Assembly (NCBI RefSeq): GCF_902713615.1
Contig: NC_052153.1
Span: 80,108,608 to 80,172,607 of the forward strand
DNA from: Scyliorhinus canicula
Lineage: Eukaryota
Length of the DNA: 64,000 nucleotides
Direction of reading: 5' to 3'
Shown here: piece by piece, positions 12,755 to 24,728 of the stretch
How positions within the stretch are numbered: position 1 is the first letter of the stretch
How the letters are laid out: the number at the start of each line of letters is the position of its first letter
The notes under the pieces: generated by a model
Told to the model about the DNA's origin: nothing
What the model saw: only the letters and a program-made list of their open reading frames with translations
The model's database searches: none
Position numbers and translations under genes: made by a program

Positions 12755-13406
12755 AGCAGAAATGTATAGCCAATTTCCGCACACATCAGTACAGCCTCAA
12801 CCGGGACCTTTGATTCATTAAAAAAAAATATTTAGAGTACCCAATTCATTTTTTCCAATTAATGGGCAATTTAGCGTGGCCAACCACCTACCCTGCACAT
12901 CTTTGGGTTGTGGGGGCGAAGTCCACGCAAACACAATGTGCAAATTCCACACGGACAGTGACCGAAAGCCAGGATCGAACCTGGAACCTCGGTGCCGTGA
13001 GGCTGCAGGGCTAGCCCACTGCGCCACCGTGCTGCCCCGGGACCTTGGATTCATGTCACATTACATTCAACCCCACCATCTGGCCTGGACTTGCGAAATC
13101 CTATTAGTTGGCCTGGCTTGAGATAATTCACATCTCTTTAACCTGTGATGATCCCTCTCTCCAGTTGCTCCATCTGGACCTGTAAAGACTTAGTTACCTG
13201 CAAAGACTCGTATTCAAAGGATCGTCTTGCATCTTTGACTTTGTCTATATATCTGTTTCTGGAACCCACCTCTTCATTCACCTGAGGAAGGAGCTGTGCT
13301 CCGAAAGCTAGTGATTCAAAACAAACCTGTGCTCACCCCAGTCTAACGCTAGCAATCTGTTTTATGCAGCAAAGTTTATTAAGCAAAGAGGCATCTCCAC
13401 ATCATG
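12755..13406 (+). mobile_element. 3' fragment of a second Penelope-like family (GIY-YIG C-terminus plus terminal repeat with hammerhead), split by a V-SINE
   Basis: Reads QKCIANFRTHQYSLNRDL/GFMSHY across the SINE, resembling the Penelope C-terminal motif GLNRDLGFMSHY. Hammerhead at 13278. Confidence 0.75.
13278..13314 (+). ncRNA. Minimal type I hammerhead ribozyme motif (Penelope-associated)
   Basis: TCAC-CTGAGGA-A-GGAGC-tgt-GCTCC-GAA-AGCT-A-GTGA: stem I, CUGANGA core, stem II, GAA, palindromic stem III, CUA cleavage triplet. Confidence 0.8.
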
Positions 13407-13604
13407 CCTTCATTGACAAAGATCTGGATTTACATTTAAACGCAAGAACTCGTGCACAAGATCTAAGATTTCATAACTTGCAGATTAATATCTGAGACTC
13501 ATTGGATGGAGGGAGTCAACAAAATCTGGCCTGCTCTATACCCATTGCATACACACAATAATGCAGTAGGAAAGCACTGGTGAAACAAGGGGCTTCACAG
13601 AGTG

Positions 13605-13607
<3 letters not shown>

Positions 13608-13636
<29 letters not shown>
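13608..13636. repeat. (GT)n microsatellite
   Basis: About 14 perfect GT units. Confidence 0.95.
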
Positions 13637-13640
<4 letters not shown>

Positions 13641-13896
13641 CCCCACAAGGATTATAATGAGGATAGCTTCATAATATACTCAATACAAAATGTTCAGCAT
13701 TGCAGTTGCTAAACACCTATTTAACGTTTAACTTCCATAATATTGGGTAATTGTTTAAAAGAGAAAGTGGGCCAGTTTGGCAATTATAAGAATAATTTGT
13801 AATTTAATGCCTGGTTCTTGACTTTGTGCATTAATGTAAACTGAGTGATACTGAGCTAGCAGTCTGTTTTATACAGCAAAGTTTATAAAGCAAAGA

Positions 13897-15946
13897 GGGT
13901 AAGAGGGCCAATCCATGGCTTACAAAAGAAATTAGAAATAGTATCCGATACAAGGAAGAAGCATATAGATTAGATTGGCCAAGAAAAATAATAGGTCTAA
14001 GGATTGGGAGCAGTTTAGAATTCAGCAAAGAAGGATGAAGGGATTGATTAAGAAGGGGAAAGTACAGTCCGAAAGGAAGCTTGGAGGGAACATAAAGACT
14101 GACACTAAGAGTTCCTATAAATATGTGAAGAGAAAGAGATTGGTAAAAAGAAATGTCGGCCTTCTACAGACAGAAACAGGGGAATGCATAATAAGGGACA
14201 AATAAATGGCTGCACAATTGAATACATACTTCACAAAAGAGGACACAAATCAGATCCCAGAAATGCTGGAGAATGAAAGGTTTAGTGAGAGGGAAGAACT
14301 GAGGGAGATCAACATCAGTAGAGAAGTGGTACTGGGAAAATTGATGGGATTGAAAGCAGACAAATCCCCAGGGCCTGAGAATCTGCAACCCAGAGTGTTT
14401 AAGGAGGTGGCTCTGGAAATAGTGCATGCATTGGTGGTCATCTTCTGGGATTCTATAGACTCTGGAACTGTCCCTGCAGATTGGGGGGTAGCTCATGTCA
14501 CTCCGATATTCAAAAAGGGAGGTAAAGAGAAAGCAGGGAATTATCGGCCAGTAAGCCTAACATGCGTGGTGGGGAAAATGCTTGAATCCATTATCAAGGA
14601 CTTTATAGCGGAACATTTAGAAAGTAGTGGCAGGATCAGTCAGAGTCAGCAAGGATTTATGAAGGGAAAATAATGCTTGACAAATCTGTTGGAATTCGTT
14701 GAAGAGGTAACCAGTACAGTTGACAAGAGGGAACCAGTCTATGTGGTGTATTGGGACTTTCAGAAGGCGTTTGACAAAGTCCCGGTTAAGAGATTATTGT
14801 GCAAAGTTAAAGCGCATGGGATTGGGGGGAAATGTATTGAGGTGGATAGAAAACTGGTTGGCAGAGAGGAAACAAAGAGTAGGGATTAATGGATCCTTTT
14901 CAAATTGGCAGGAAGTAATTAGTGGGGTACGACAGGGATCAGTGCTTGGACCCCAGCTATTCACAATATATATTAATGATTTGGATGAGGGAACAAAATG
15001 TAACATCTCAAAGTTTGCAGATGATACCAAATTAGGTGGGAGGGTGAATTGTGACGAGGATGTAGGGATTCGACAACAAGATCTGGCAGGTTGGGCGAAT
15101 GGACAAATCAATGGCAGATGCAGTATAATTTGGATAAGTGTGAGGTTATTCACTTTGGAAGCAAAAACAGAAAGGCAGATTACTACCTGAATGGTTGTAA
15201 ATTGGGAGAGGGGAGTGTGCAGCGGGACCTGGGTATCCTTGTGCACCAGTCACTGAAGGTAAACATGCAGATGCAGCAGGCGGTAAAGAAGGCTAATGGT
15301 ATGTTGGCCTTCATTGCAAGAGGTTTCGAGTATAGAAGCAGGGATGTGTTGCTGCAATCGTATAGGGCCTTGGTAAGGCTACACTTGGAGTACTGTGTGC
15401 AGTTTTGGTCTCCTTCTCTGAGGAAGGATGTTCTTGCTCTCGAGGAAGTGCAGCGAAGGTTTACCAGACTGATTCCAGGGGTGGCAGGACTGTCATATGA
15501 GGAGAGATTGACTAGGTTGGGATTGTTCTCGCTTGAGTTGAGAAGAATGAAGGGGGATATCATAGAGACTTATAAAATTCTAACAGGACTGGACAGGGTA
15601 GATGCAGGGAAGATGTTACCAATGATGGATGTGTCCAGAACCAGGGATCACAGTCTGAGGATTCAGGGTAAACCATTTCAGACCGAGATAAGGAGACATT
15701 TCTTCACACAAAGAGTGGTGAGCCTGTGGAATTCATTACCACAGGAATTAGTTGATGCTAAATCTTTAAATCTATTCAAGTGGCGGCTGGATATAGCACT
15801 TGGGACGAATGGGATTAAAGGCTATGGGGAGAAAACAGAATTAGGCTATTGAGTTGGATGATCAGCCACGATCGTGATGAATGGCGGAGCAGGCTCAAAG
15901 GGCCAAAAGGCCTCCTCCTGCTCTTATCTTCTATGTATCTATGTAT
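13897..15946 (+). mobile_element. CR1-clade LINE, 5'-truncated, decayed RT
   Basis: KSPGP, NYRPVSLT, DFQKAFDKVP, QGSVLGP, KFADDTK, LVRLHLEYCVQFWSP. CR1 3' tail with (tctatgta)n-like repeat. Confidence 0.95.
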
Positions 15947-18900
15947 ACCTCTCCAATGTTTATAAAGTTTAAAAACCTGGATGGAAGTGACAGAAAGAAT
16001 AAACGTTGCCTCATCTGTACACCAAAAGGAGCAGCACGGTAGCACAAGTGGGTAGCGCGGTGGCTTCACAGCGCCAGGGTCCCAGGTTCTATTCCCCGCT
16101 GGGTCACTGTCTGTGTGGAGTTTGCACATTCTCTCTGTGTCTGCGTGGGTTTCCTCCGGGTGCTCCGGTTCCCTTCCACAGTCCAAAGACGTGCAGGTTA
16201 GGTGGATTGGCCATGCTAAATTGCCCTTAGTGACCAAAAAGGTTAGCAGGGGTTATTGGGTTATGGGGATAGGGTGGATGTGAGGGCTTAAGTGGGTCGG
16301 TGCATACTCGATGGGCCGAATGGCCTCCTTCTGCACTGTATGCTCTATGTTCTAAAGCTGGGAGATAAGAAATAAATTTGCTGGCCCTGGAAGGTTTCCA
16401 AGAAAGTGCTCTCAATTTTCTTTTTCTTTCCAATGTTGCCTGCAATTATAATTGTTTACTCTAAAAACATTCTCTGTATGTGTTGTACGGGATTGGTCAG
16501 GCGTTGCACATGCAAATATTTTTTAATCCAGTGTTTGAAAAATAAAATTTTTGTGGCTCTGTTTTCAATTGCAAAATGTGTGAGAATGTAATCCCTAAAT
16601 TCAGTTCAAATATTGTTGGACCACGACCTTGGTAATTAACCTTTGTCCACAAAGGACTATGGACATCCATCTCTCTCCATTACAGAGAAACAATTGGTTA
16701 TATAGCTTGTAGGGAAAGGTAAGGAGACAGGCTTTCACAAACTACCATTGCCAGTATGGGGATAGAACCTGCATCGTTGGCATTATTCTGCACTCTAACC
16801 ATCCGGCCAACTGAGTTCACCGACCTCCACATTTGGAGCTTATCACCATAATAATCTCCAGATCCTCAGGCAGTGCAAGTTGTTGGCTGAGTATCTTGTC
16901 GTGCACCTGACAACCCAGGACAGCTGCGTTTCTTCAAAGAGAAACTTAGTACTTGTATTTTGTCAAGCTTGCAAGCTACACTCTTCATTTTAATTTTGTT
17001 CCATTTAATAGCACGCAACAGGAAGAGATATATAACCAAGGACTTTTGTTACAAAGCTGTATCAGTACTGCAAGATGTGGGAGTTGTTTGTGCAATATAT
17101 TATTCGATTATATACGCAAAACTCCAAATGTGCAGCTAAATTTGATTACAAGACATTGGTCTCACTGGGACATTCAGATGATAAACTGTAAAACTGAAAT
17201 TCAGGTGGTTTCTAACAAAACATCTGAATTCTTAAAACTAGATTTTCTTTTGTGTAGGTTTTCTTTGCACTCACTGATGTTGAGTTTAGTCAGCAAGAGG
17301 CAGGATACTCTGTGTATTAGACATTTAAAAAAGGTTAAAAAATTGCCGACTGATGTATTTCACTAAAAAAATAGAATTGAATACAGCAACTTCGTAACTA
17401 AATAGCAACAGAGACAATTATATTTTAAGCAAAGGAAGAACTTGCTTTCATATCGCCTTTTTTGCTTCAGCTGTGTAACACTTGTAAATTAGGAAATTCC
17501 AATTTGTACATGTGGAGGTGCCATGCACAAATAATGGGTGTGATCCAATTGCCACACTGCGCCTGCAAGTCAGCTCGCCGTGGCATGACGTGGGCGATAA
17601 AAGCCGCTAAACCCTACTCCTGGGATCGACCCAGCTCGTAACACCTCATGAGATTTAACGGGATCTCACAAAATGTTGCGATGTAAATGCTGCGCAATGG
17701 GGCGGCACGTGGTGCAATAGTTGGCACTGGGAATATGGCGCTGAGGACCTGGGTTCAAGTCACTGTATGTGTACAGTTTGCACATTTGCCCCATGTTTGC
17801 GTGGGTTTCACCCCACAACCCAAAGATGTGCAGGTTAGGTGGATTGGCCACGCTAAATTGCCCCTTAATTTGAGAAAAAATGAATTGGGTACTCTAAATT
17901 TAAAAAAAAGAGTCTCACTTTAATGTGCAGTTTCCTGGGTTACCCGAAGCATTGGGATCTAACCCCTTTGCCTTGGAGACTTTGGCTGAGTGCCGTTTGG
18001 TAGTGGTCTCCGCAAACAGGGACCAGACAGAATGGCACTCTTTTAAAAAAAATTTAGAGCACCCAATTCATTTTTTATCCAATTAAGGGACAATTTAGAG
18101 TGGCCAATCCATCTAGCCTGCACATCTTTGGGTTGCGTGGAATGAAACCCATGCAAACACAGGGAGAATGTGCAAACTCCACACGAACAGTGACCCAGAC
18201 CCGGGTTCGAACCAGGGACCTCAGTGCCATGACGCAGCAGTGCTAACCACTGTGCCACCATGCTGCCTGTGGAATGGCACTCATGGGGGTCTCCCAGGGG
18301 AACGGAGGCACCCAGCTGCATACATTTTGGACACGGTGATGCCCTGGCACAGGTGGTGCCACCTAGGCACCCTGGGAGTGCTACATGGGCACCAGCCTTG
18401 CACTGCCAGCTGGCACTGTAAAGGTGCCAAGCTGTCATTTTTTGCATGCACATGATTGGGCCAGGGGTATCCAGCATGGATGTTAGGAAGGGTGCGGGGG
18501 CAGCACGGTGGCTCAGTGGTTAGCATTGCTGCCTCATGGCGCCGAGGTCCCAGGTTCGATCCCGGCTCTGGGTCACTGTCAGAGTGGAGTTTGCATATTC
18601 TCCCCGTGTTTGCGTGGGTTTCACCCCCACAACCCAAAGATTTAAAAAAATAAATAAATTTAGAGTACCCAATTATTTTTTCCAATTAAGGGGCAATTTA
18701 GCGTGGCCAATCCACCTATCCTACACATCTTTGGGTTGTGGGGGTGAAACCCACGCAGACACGGGGAGAATGTGCAAACTCCTCACGGACAGTGACCCAG
18801 GGCCGGGATTCGAACCCGGGTCCTTAGCGCCGTAGGCAGCAATGTTAACCACTGTGCCACCGTGCTGCCCCCACAACCCAAAGATGTGGATAGGTGGATT

Positions 18901-20369
18901 GGGCACACTAAATTGCCCCTTAATTGGAAAAAATGAATTGGGTACTCTAAATTTATTTTAAAAATGGAGGGATGCGGGGGACCGGGAACCCTCCCAACCT
19001 CCCACAGAGCGCTCGGGCTGGAGCAAGAGAAAGGCGGTCGCTTCGGGGGCCTCGGAGATTGGGATGCCATTTAAAAATGGTGTCCCAATCTCTTGTTACA
19101 CTGGGAAGTTCCAGCAAGCGGAGCTCCTCAGTGTACAAAACGGGGCTATGTGCGCATTCCCCGCTGAGGCATTTTATACAACGCGACGGATAGCCATGTG
19201 TTTCTCGATGGTGTGAGTGCTGGGAACTGCGTGGCTAATGTGTTTTTGTTGATATTGTTGTGAAATAAATGTTTTCCACAGTATCGGGAGAACTTTCTTT
19301 GAAAATTTAAATCCAGTTGAGAAGGCAGACAAGACCTTGAGGTTTAATGTCTCATTTGAAAGCAAAATCACTCACAGTCACTGCAGAGAAAGTAGACGCA
19401 TTGGTTATCATCTTCTAAAAATGCTTAGATTCCAGAAGTGGAGTTTTTTCAACAAACGAGGGACTCAGAAAACAGGACACTATAGGCCAGTTAGCCTAAT
19501 ATTTCTCATAGGGATACTGTGAGAAACCATTAATAAGGAGGTTATATAGCAGGGTGTTTGGAAAATCATAATGGGATCAGGCAGAGCCAAGATGGTTTTT
19601 CGGAAGCGAGATCATTTATTAAGAGTTCTTTAGAGGAAGCAGCATGTGTGGTAAAATGGCCAACGGCCTGTATTTTACAAACAACCTAAGCAAGGTGGAA
19701 AAAAGATTGAAGACAGGTTTGAAGAACAACCATGACCCTATTACATTTAATACACGCTGAATATTTCATAATGAGTTATCGACAATGCTTAATCATTAAT
19801 ATATTAATAGAACAATCAATCAATTTCAAATAATTTTAAAAAATAAATTTAGAGTACCCATTTCATTTTTTTCCAATTAAGGGGCAATTTAGCATGGCCA
19901 ATCCACCTAGCTTGCACATTTTTTTTTTGGATTGTGGGGGTGAAACCCACGCAAACACGGGGAGAATGTGCAAACTCCACAGAGACAGCGACCCAGAGCC
20001 AGAATCAAACCTGGGACCTCGGCGCCGTGAGGCCACAGTGCTAATCCACTGCGCCACCGTTCTGCCCTATCAGCTTCAAATAATAAAAACAAAAGAAATA
20101 TTTGCGCTTTGGAGAGGGAGTGCATGACTCGTGCCGTTAATCTTGTGTGCAATCAAAATGCATCTCACTTCACTTGCCCTGGTCTTACGTGCATACATTT
20201 GAGTCACACCAGTAGGAAAAAACACGCAGATGGAAATCAGCGGAATGTGGCAACCCTACTTGTGGGCAACAGTCAGCAAAATGTCTCCTGGGCCACACTC
20301 AGAACCCAGATGGGTCGCATGTGGCCCATGGGCCACAGGTTGTCCACCGCTGATTTATAATTCATATCA

Positions 20370-21292
20370 ATGATTTATGTGAAGAGACTGAATACATGGT
20401 AGCTAAATTTGCCCCGGACATCAAGATAGGTTAGAAAGTAAGTTGTCAAGAGGAGATAAAGAATCTACAAAGGGACAGGTTCAAATCTGGCCGATGGGAG
20501 TATAATATTGGAAAATGTGAACTTGTCCACTTTGGCAGCCAGGAAGAATATAAATACTATTTAAATAGAGAGATATTGCAGAATTCAGAACTGCAGAGGG
20601 ATCTGCGTGTCCTGGTACATGAATCACAAAAGGTTAGTATAGCAAGTTATTTAGGAAGGCAATGGCACATTAGCTTTATTGCAAGGGAAATGGAATTTAA
20701 AAAATAGGGAAATTCTACTGTTTTACTCCAGCTGTACAGGACTTTGGTAAGACGACATTTGGAGTACTGCATACAGTTTTGGTTTCCTTATTTGAAAATG
20801 GATACAATTGTGTTAGAAACAGTTCAGAGAACGTTCACACAACTCATTCCTGGCATGAAGGGCAAAGATTGATCACGTTTGGCCGTTATCCATTGGAGTT
20901 TAGCAGAATGAGAGGTGATCTTATTGAAAAGATCACAAGGGGACTTGTTAGGTGGATACAAGGAAGATGCTTCCTCTTATGGGAGAGACTAGAATCAGTT
21001 TTATAAAATAACAAGTCTCCCTTTTAAAATGGATATGAGGAGGTTATTTTTCTCTCTCAAGGTTATCTGTCTGTAGAACCTGCTTCCCAAGAAAGCAATG
21101 GAGGCTGGGTCATTTAATTTTTTCAAGGCTCAGTTAAATACATTTTTGATGGACAAGGGAGACAAAGTTTATGGGGCCAGACAGTAAAGCGGAGTTGAAA
21201 TCACAATCGGATCAACCGTGATCTTATTGAATGGCAGGTGAGGCTCAAAGGGCTGAATGGCATATTTCTGTTCCTCAATCCAACCTTCCTAT
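20370..21292 (+). mobile_element. Old CR1-clade LINE 3' fragment
   Basis: Decayed LVRRHLEYCIQFW and RMRGDLIE; CR1-type 3'UTR. Confidence 0.8.
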
Positions 21293-22068
21293 GAAAATCT
21301 AGGTTATGTGCTATCATCCCCGGAGTGAGGCTTGAACCCACGATCTTCGGATTCTGAGGTGAGGATTCTACCCTTTACCCGAAACGGAAACCTTGGTTAA
21401 GTGGGAGCACTCTCATTTCTGGAGTCAGATGTTTGACTAATTCAGCGATTAATTCAATATTTGAGTGAATCCCTTTTTTTCTCCAGAATTCTACATCTTA
21501 AAAAGAGGATGTTTATTGAGAAATTCATACTGATAAATGTGGCTAGCTTTGTGTCTTAGTCTAGCCCATTTTGATTTGAAAGAATCATGCCATGCAGCCT
21601 TTTAAACTGTCAAATTGAGTGCACAGCAGCACATGTCTAAAGTAATCTGCTGTAAACCTTCTCTTTACAAATCTGAGCCTGTGAAAACAATAGTTTGGGC
21701 TGCTGGGTCAAGTTACTCATTTGTGCAAATAATTATTTGGACAAGGTACTAAATGGCAGATGCAGTCTGTGACAGCATTAGCCAGTGCTTTCAGAGGAGA
21801 GAAGATAATTGCAAGGATTCCACGTAAATAATTTGACAATTTGAAACAAAGGTTACACAGCACGGTTCTTTCCAATCAGGTTTCTATAGCTAATGACCTC
21901 ACTGATGTAAAACCACAACACAACTTCCAGGGCCACAAGAGGCAATTTAGCATGGCCAATCCACCTACCCTGCACATCTTTGGGTTGTGGGGGTGAAACC
22001 CACGCAAACATGGGTGGGGGGGGGGGGGGGGGGGCGAGAAATGTGCAGACTCCACACGGACAGTGACC

Positions 22069-22598
22069 CTCAAGTTGTCTTCTAGAGTGATTTTTCAAGT
22101 CGCCCACCTTGGCCTTAATGCTTTGTTGTCACCAGCCACCTGCGCCATATCCACTTCCAGGGAGGTGATTTGGTCATTTTGCCGAAAGAGCCACCTCCAC
22201 CTCCTCTAGCTCCATGCCCTGTGTCTTTACCACCTTATCCATTTTTGCCAATCGCTCTCGCATGGTTCTCAGAGACCTCCCATCATGATTTCTTACGTTC
22301 CCCTGCAAGGATGCCTGAGAGCATCTCAATGGATTGGCCACCGACTCTGCAGGAGCCTCCGCCAATTTCTTCACTGACAAAGCTCTCGAAGCCTCAGAGT
22401 TTGATGACGATTCCTTATTTTTCTGCTGCCTAGTTTTGTATTTATTGTCATCCCTTTGACAAGGAACTCTTAACCCATCAAACTAAACAAATTCCAACTA
22501 AAATCTCCTCAGAAAACCTGGCAAAATGGGCTTAAATCAATGTTCTCTGGCAGGAACCATCTCGTGTGCGACTACTTTCTACATGTTGCCACTGGAAG
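22069..22598 (-). mobile_element. L1-clade 5'UTR and ORF1 N-terminal fragment (decayed)
   Basis: Coiled-coil-like translation ending in DLKNHSRRQ, homologous to the ORF1 at 1108-1494. Confidence 0.65.
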
Positions 22599-22603
22599 TA
22601 CTC

Positions 22604-22712
22604 AAAAGGGAAAATGCTGGAAAATCTCAGCAAGTCTGGCAGCATCTGTAGGGAGAGAAAAGAGCTAACGTTTTGAGTCCAATGACTCTTTGTCAAAGCT
22701 AGAAAGTACAAA
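22604..22712 (-). mobile_element. ~110-bp Penelope-derived insertion (terminal repeat end with hammerhead)
   Basis: Near-identical to 48641-48737; flanked by the direct repeat ACTGGAAGTACTC at 22591-22603 and 22713-22725. Confidence 0.8.
22663..22700 (-). ncRNA. Decayed hammerhead motif, U3-A8 variant (G12A)
   Basis: Reverse complement reads AGCT-TTGACAA-A-GAGTC-attg-GACTC-AAA-ACGT-T-AGCT. Confidence 0.6.
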
Positions 22713-24728
22713 ACTGGAAGTACTCTCTCTCCTCCTTAATAATGGTTTCAAGTCACCTTTTGACCACATTCTTAATAATATTTCCTTCTTGGTTTTGGGT
22801 TAATTTTCATCTGAATACACTTCTGTGAGTGGTTTGAGATATTTTTCTACATAAAAAATGCTACATAGACAGAAGTTAATGTTGAATTAGAAATAAGGAG
22901 TGACTGGTCAGTTCCTTCCTGTGCTTCAGGTTAACTAAACAAAATGTTGGACTTAAGTTTTACAGTTTAATTTGATATCTGCAATTTATATGCACGTACT
23001 TCCCTATTTATCTTAGTTGGTGCAATTGCTTATGACTAACATCTGTTCGTGACCTTTTACGCCCCAACATGAGCTGAGTATTTAACTTATGTAGTCCTAC
23101 ATGCTTAATATGGGCCACAGGAAAGTCATCATGCATATAAAAATGATGCACATAAAAACGTATTGTTGTTAACATTCTTTGGTGAAAGGGCAGCACGATG
23201 GCACAATGGTTAGCATTGCTGCCTCACGGCGCCAAGGACCCGGGTTCAATACCCGCCTCAGGTCACTGCCCATGAGGAGTTTGAACATTCTCCTCATGTT
23301 TGTCTGGATCTCACCCCCACAACCTACAAAGATGGGTGGGTAGATTGGCCATGCTAAATTGCTTCTTAATTGGAAAAATAATTGGGTACTCCTAAATTTA
23401 TTTTTTTTAAAAAACATTTTTTGGTGAAATCACAGACCGATCTCTTCATTCTGAAGTAGGTAGAATTCTCGTTTAAATTCTAGTCAGGGATCTCCAGCTG
23501 ACTGCAATTGTTCATGCATCCAGCAACATGGTATTATCAGCATGTACGCTGAGAGGCATATTGTTTACAAATAAGTAGATGATAGTTTATAAGATCTAGA
23601 AGTATTTGGGTTTTCAGAGTCTCCAGCTTTTCTGGAACCAGTGCATATCAGTGATGTGCTACAGATGATGCTCTTTAATAATCAACTCAAAACCTTTAAG
23701 CTGTAAAACCTATGTTAAAATTAACCTGCAACAGCCCACAATTGTATTTTTTTGTAAAACTAACCTAGTTGGGAGAACCAGGTAAGGAAAAGTATTTGGT
23801 GATACATCAAAATATAAAGAACGTACAACCCAAAGAGTAGCCACTAACCCAACTAGCCCTGTTGGTGTTCATAGTCCACACAGGTAAACAGTCCTAATCA
23901 TGCTTACCTCCCCTGCTCCCATATCCCAAAGTTCTTTATCAATCTGCTTTTGTTATTTACAGCAGTCACAAGTGCAAGATTGGTGGATTGCTCGATGAGT
24001 ACCACCACAAAGTGGTCAGCTGATGTTGACTAAAAATGCAGGTACTGATCAACTACACAATTATTGCAACACCACTCTTGCAACATGCTGACACTCCCAT
24101 TGTTCTGATACAATAAGAGTACAAGACTCAGGGCAGTCTTAAAGCAATGATGATGAAACAGTGATATTTGGACCAGGTTTTATGGAATGAAAGTGACACA
24201 ATAGCCGAGATTTTTCCACAAGAGCAAGTTCAGCAACCTAGACTGTAAATGTAGTTGTCTACCACACAGAGCCCGCTGTTTGATAAGTTCCCATGTATTT
24301 TGATTACAAATGTAGGTTCAGTAAAGCGAGGGGAATCCGATGAGTTTCTTAAAAGTCTTTGTATTCAGCAAACAACATTGCCTACTCGAGGCCTTATACA
24401 CCTCACCGGGTCCTGTCACCTTTCTAGTCAGCCCACACTGGCTGAGCTTTTATATCATTGCTAATAAGCTACCCTGTCCATAATGGGGGAGCTTGCAGCA
24501 TTAACACAGAGAACAATCATCCCCAGCTGGATGTGTCCCATGCAAGTTATTAAATAAGAAACAAAATATCATGGTAGTGAATGAGAAGTGTGGCCATTTT
24601 TCCTCCCCATGAATCCACCAATTGGATGCCAATTTTTTTGCTTTAAATTTGCTTTCATGCTAATTTGAAGTTCGGTACACATCTAAGGTACGCCTGAGCA
24701 ACGGTCCACCCTACGCTGATATTTTCTT

